Source of the DNA: Fimicolochytrium jonesii
Lineage: Eukaryota
DNA length: 64,000 nucleotides
NCBI RefSeq assembly: GCF_025526975.1
Contig: NW_026515686.1
Location: 62,001-126,000, forward strand
Direction: 5' to 3'
Position numbers and translations under genes: made by a program. The notes under the pieces are model-generated. The model did not search any database and was not told the DNA's origin. It worked only from the letters and a program-made list of their open reading frames with translations. Positions 63,261 through 64,000 of the stretch are shown in pieces (position 1 is the first letter of the stretch; each line of letters opens with the position of its first letter).

Positions 63261-64000
63261 ATGAGCCGTCCCGTACAAGATGAGGAGGACGCCCCACCGC
63301 CCAACGACAACGAACACCCACGGCCCACAAACGACAGAGACCTCCGCAACAGCAACCACCAGCAAAGGGACGAGTACAGGCCCCACACCTCCAGCAGCAG
63401 TAGTCATCGACCACAAAACCGCCCAAGTCCGCGACATCACCCCTACGATCGCGACCGCGGACCATCTCATCACCCAAATCCCAATCCCAATCACACCAAC
63501 AATAACAACAACAACGATAGTACCCCACCACAGCACAGTCCACTACAAATAGAACCACTGGAAAGGTTCAGAACGACGTGTGTCGCGTACCAGCAGCCGA
63601 AGGAGATTGCGTGCTTTTCGTATGATGAGGGGAGGAGGTTGTTGATGGGGAGTGAAAGCGAGTTGGTAGGTTTTGGGGGTGGGATTGCGGGGATTTGAAG
63701 GCGGGGGATGGGGGAGGATGTGGATGGGGGGTGCGGGAGCGATGGCGAGCGGTTGCTGGCGGAGCGCGATGGATTGCGCCGTAGTCCGAGCGAAGCGGGG
63801 AGAATGCTCGAGGCAGGCGAGGTCGACTAGCCCGAACGCCTTCGGGAGCGCGAGCGGAGCGAGCCCCTTTTCGCCTTTGGCGCAATGCTTCCCCCAACCG
63901 GTTCTTAGTGAGCGAAGCGAGCTACGCTCCTCCCCATCGCAACCCAATATCATCAACGCAACATCGACAACCCAACATCCTGAGCGCGAGCGGAGCGAGC
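63261..64000 (+). CDS. RAI1: RAI1/DXO-family decapping exonuclease, 5' part only (first exon to about 63665, then an intron running off the window)
   Basis: Low-complexity N-terminus, then 'YQQPKEIACFSYDEGR', the typical start of the Rai1/Dom3z domain; GTAGG donor at about 63666. Confidence 0.7.

Larger units (their letters stand above)
57617..64000. repeat. Dispersed intronic repeat family with core GCGAGCG[A/G]AGCGAGC (SERINC, STK19, WASP and RAI1 introns)
   Basis: Copies at 57617-57633, 59665-59723, 62467-62571, 63787-63797, 63846-63864, 63910-63922 and 63982-64000; 63846-63864 and 63982-64000 are identical 19-mers. Confidence 0.7.

Overview
Gene-dense, intron-rich eukaryotic nuclear DNA. 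Short GT-AG introns with CTAAC/CTGAC branch points and the gene set (CRIB-containing WASP, SYP7-type SNARE, Elongin B, a flagellar MIP-like protein) point to an early-diverging zoosporic fungus, probably a chytrid (inference). I can support about 23 protein-coding genes: a DHA1 MFS transporter divergent from an FAD monooxygenase, DDX60-like helicase, riboflavin kinase, TEN1, APC10, Elongin B-like, STK16/ENV7 kinase, a CCDC28/DUF5315-like coiled-coil protein, glycine decarboxylase P, an orphan, SYP7-like Qc-SNARE, NimA/NEK2, F-box/LRR, ATG1, SAXO5/TEX45-like, a DinB-family protein, F-box/ankyrin, NUP84/107, SERINC/TMS1, STK19, WASP and a truncated RAI1/DXO. There are four tRNA genes (Leu-CAA, Arg-TCG, 2x Glu-CTC). 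The most notable non-genic signals are: (i) a 139-bp Mutator-like MITE (22-bp perfect TIRs, 10-bp TSD) carrying TTAGGG telomeric repeats in the NEK2 promoter; (ii) a family of sense-oriented GCGAGCG[A/G]AGCGAGC elements in the unusually long introns of four adjacent genes; (iii) a strand-independent C-rich/G-rich skew oscillation in the right third of the window; (iv) a tRNA-Arg(TCG) with an A1:C72 mismatch; (v) a DinB-family protein ending in PTS1 (SRL). Gene spans are hand-spliced and include introns; family assignments come from motif recognition, not database searches.
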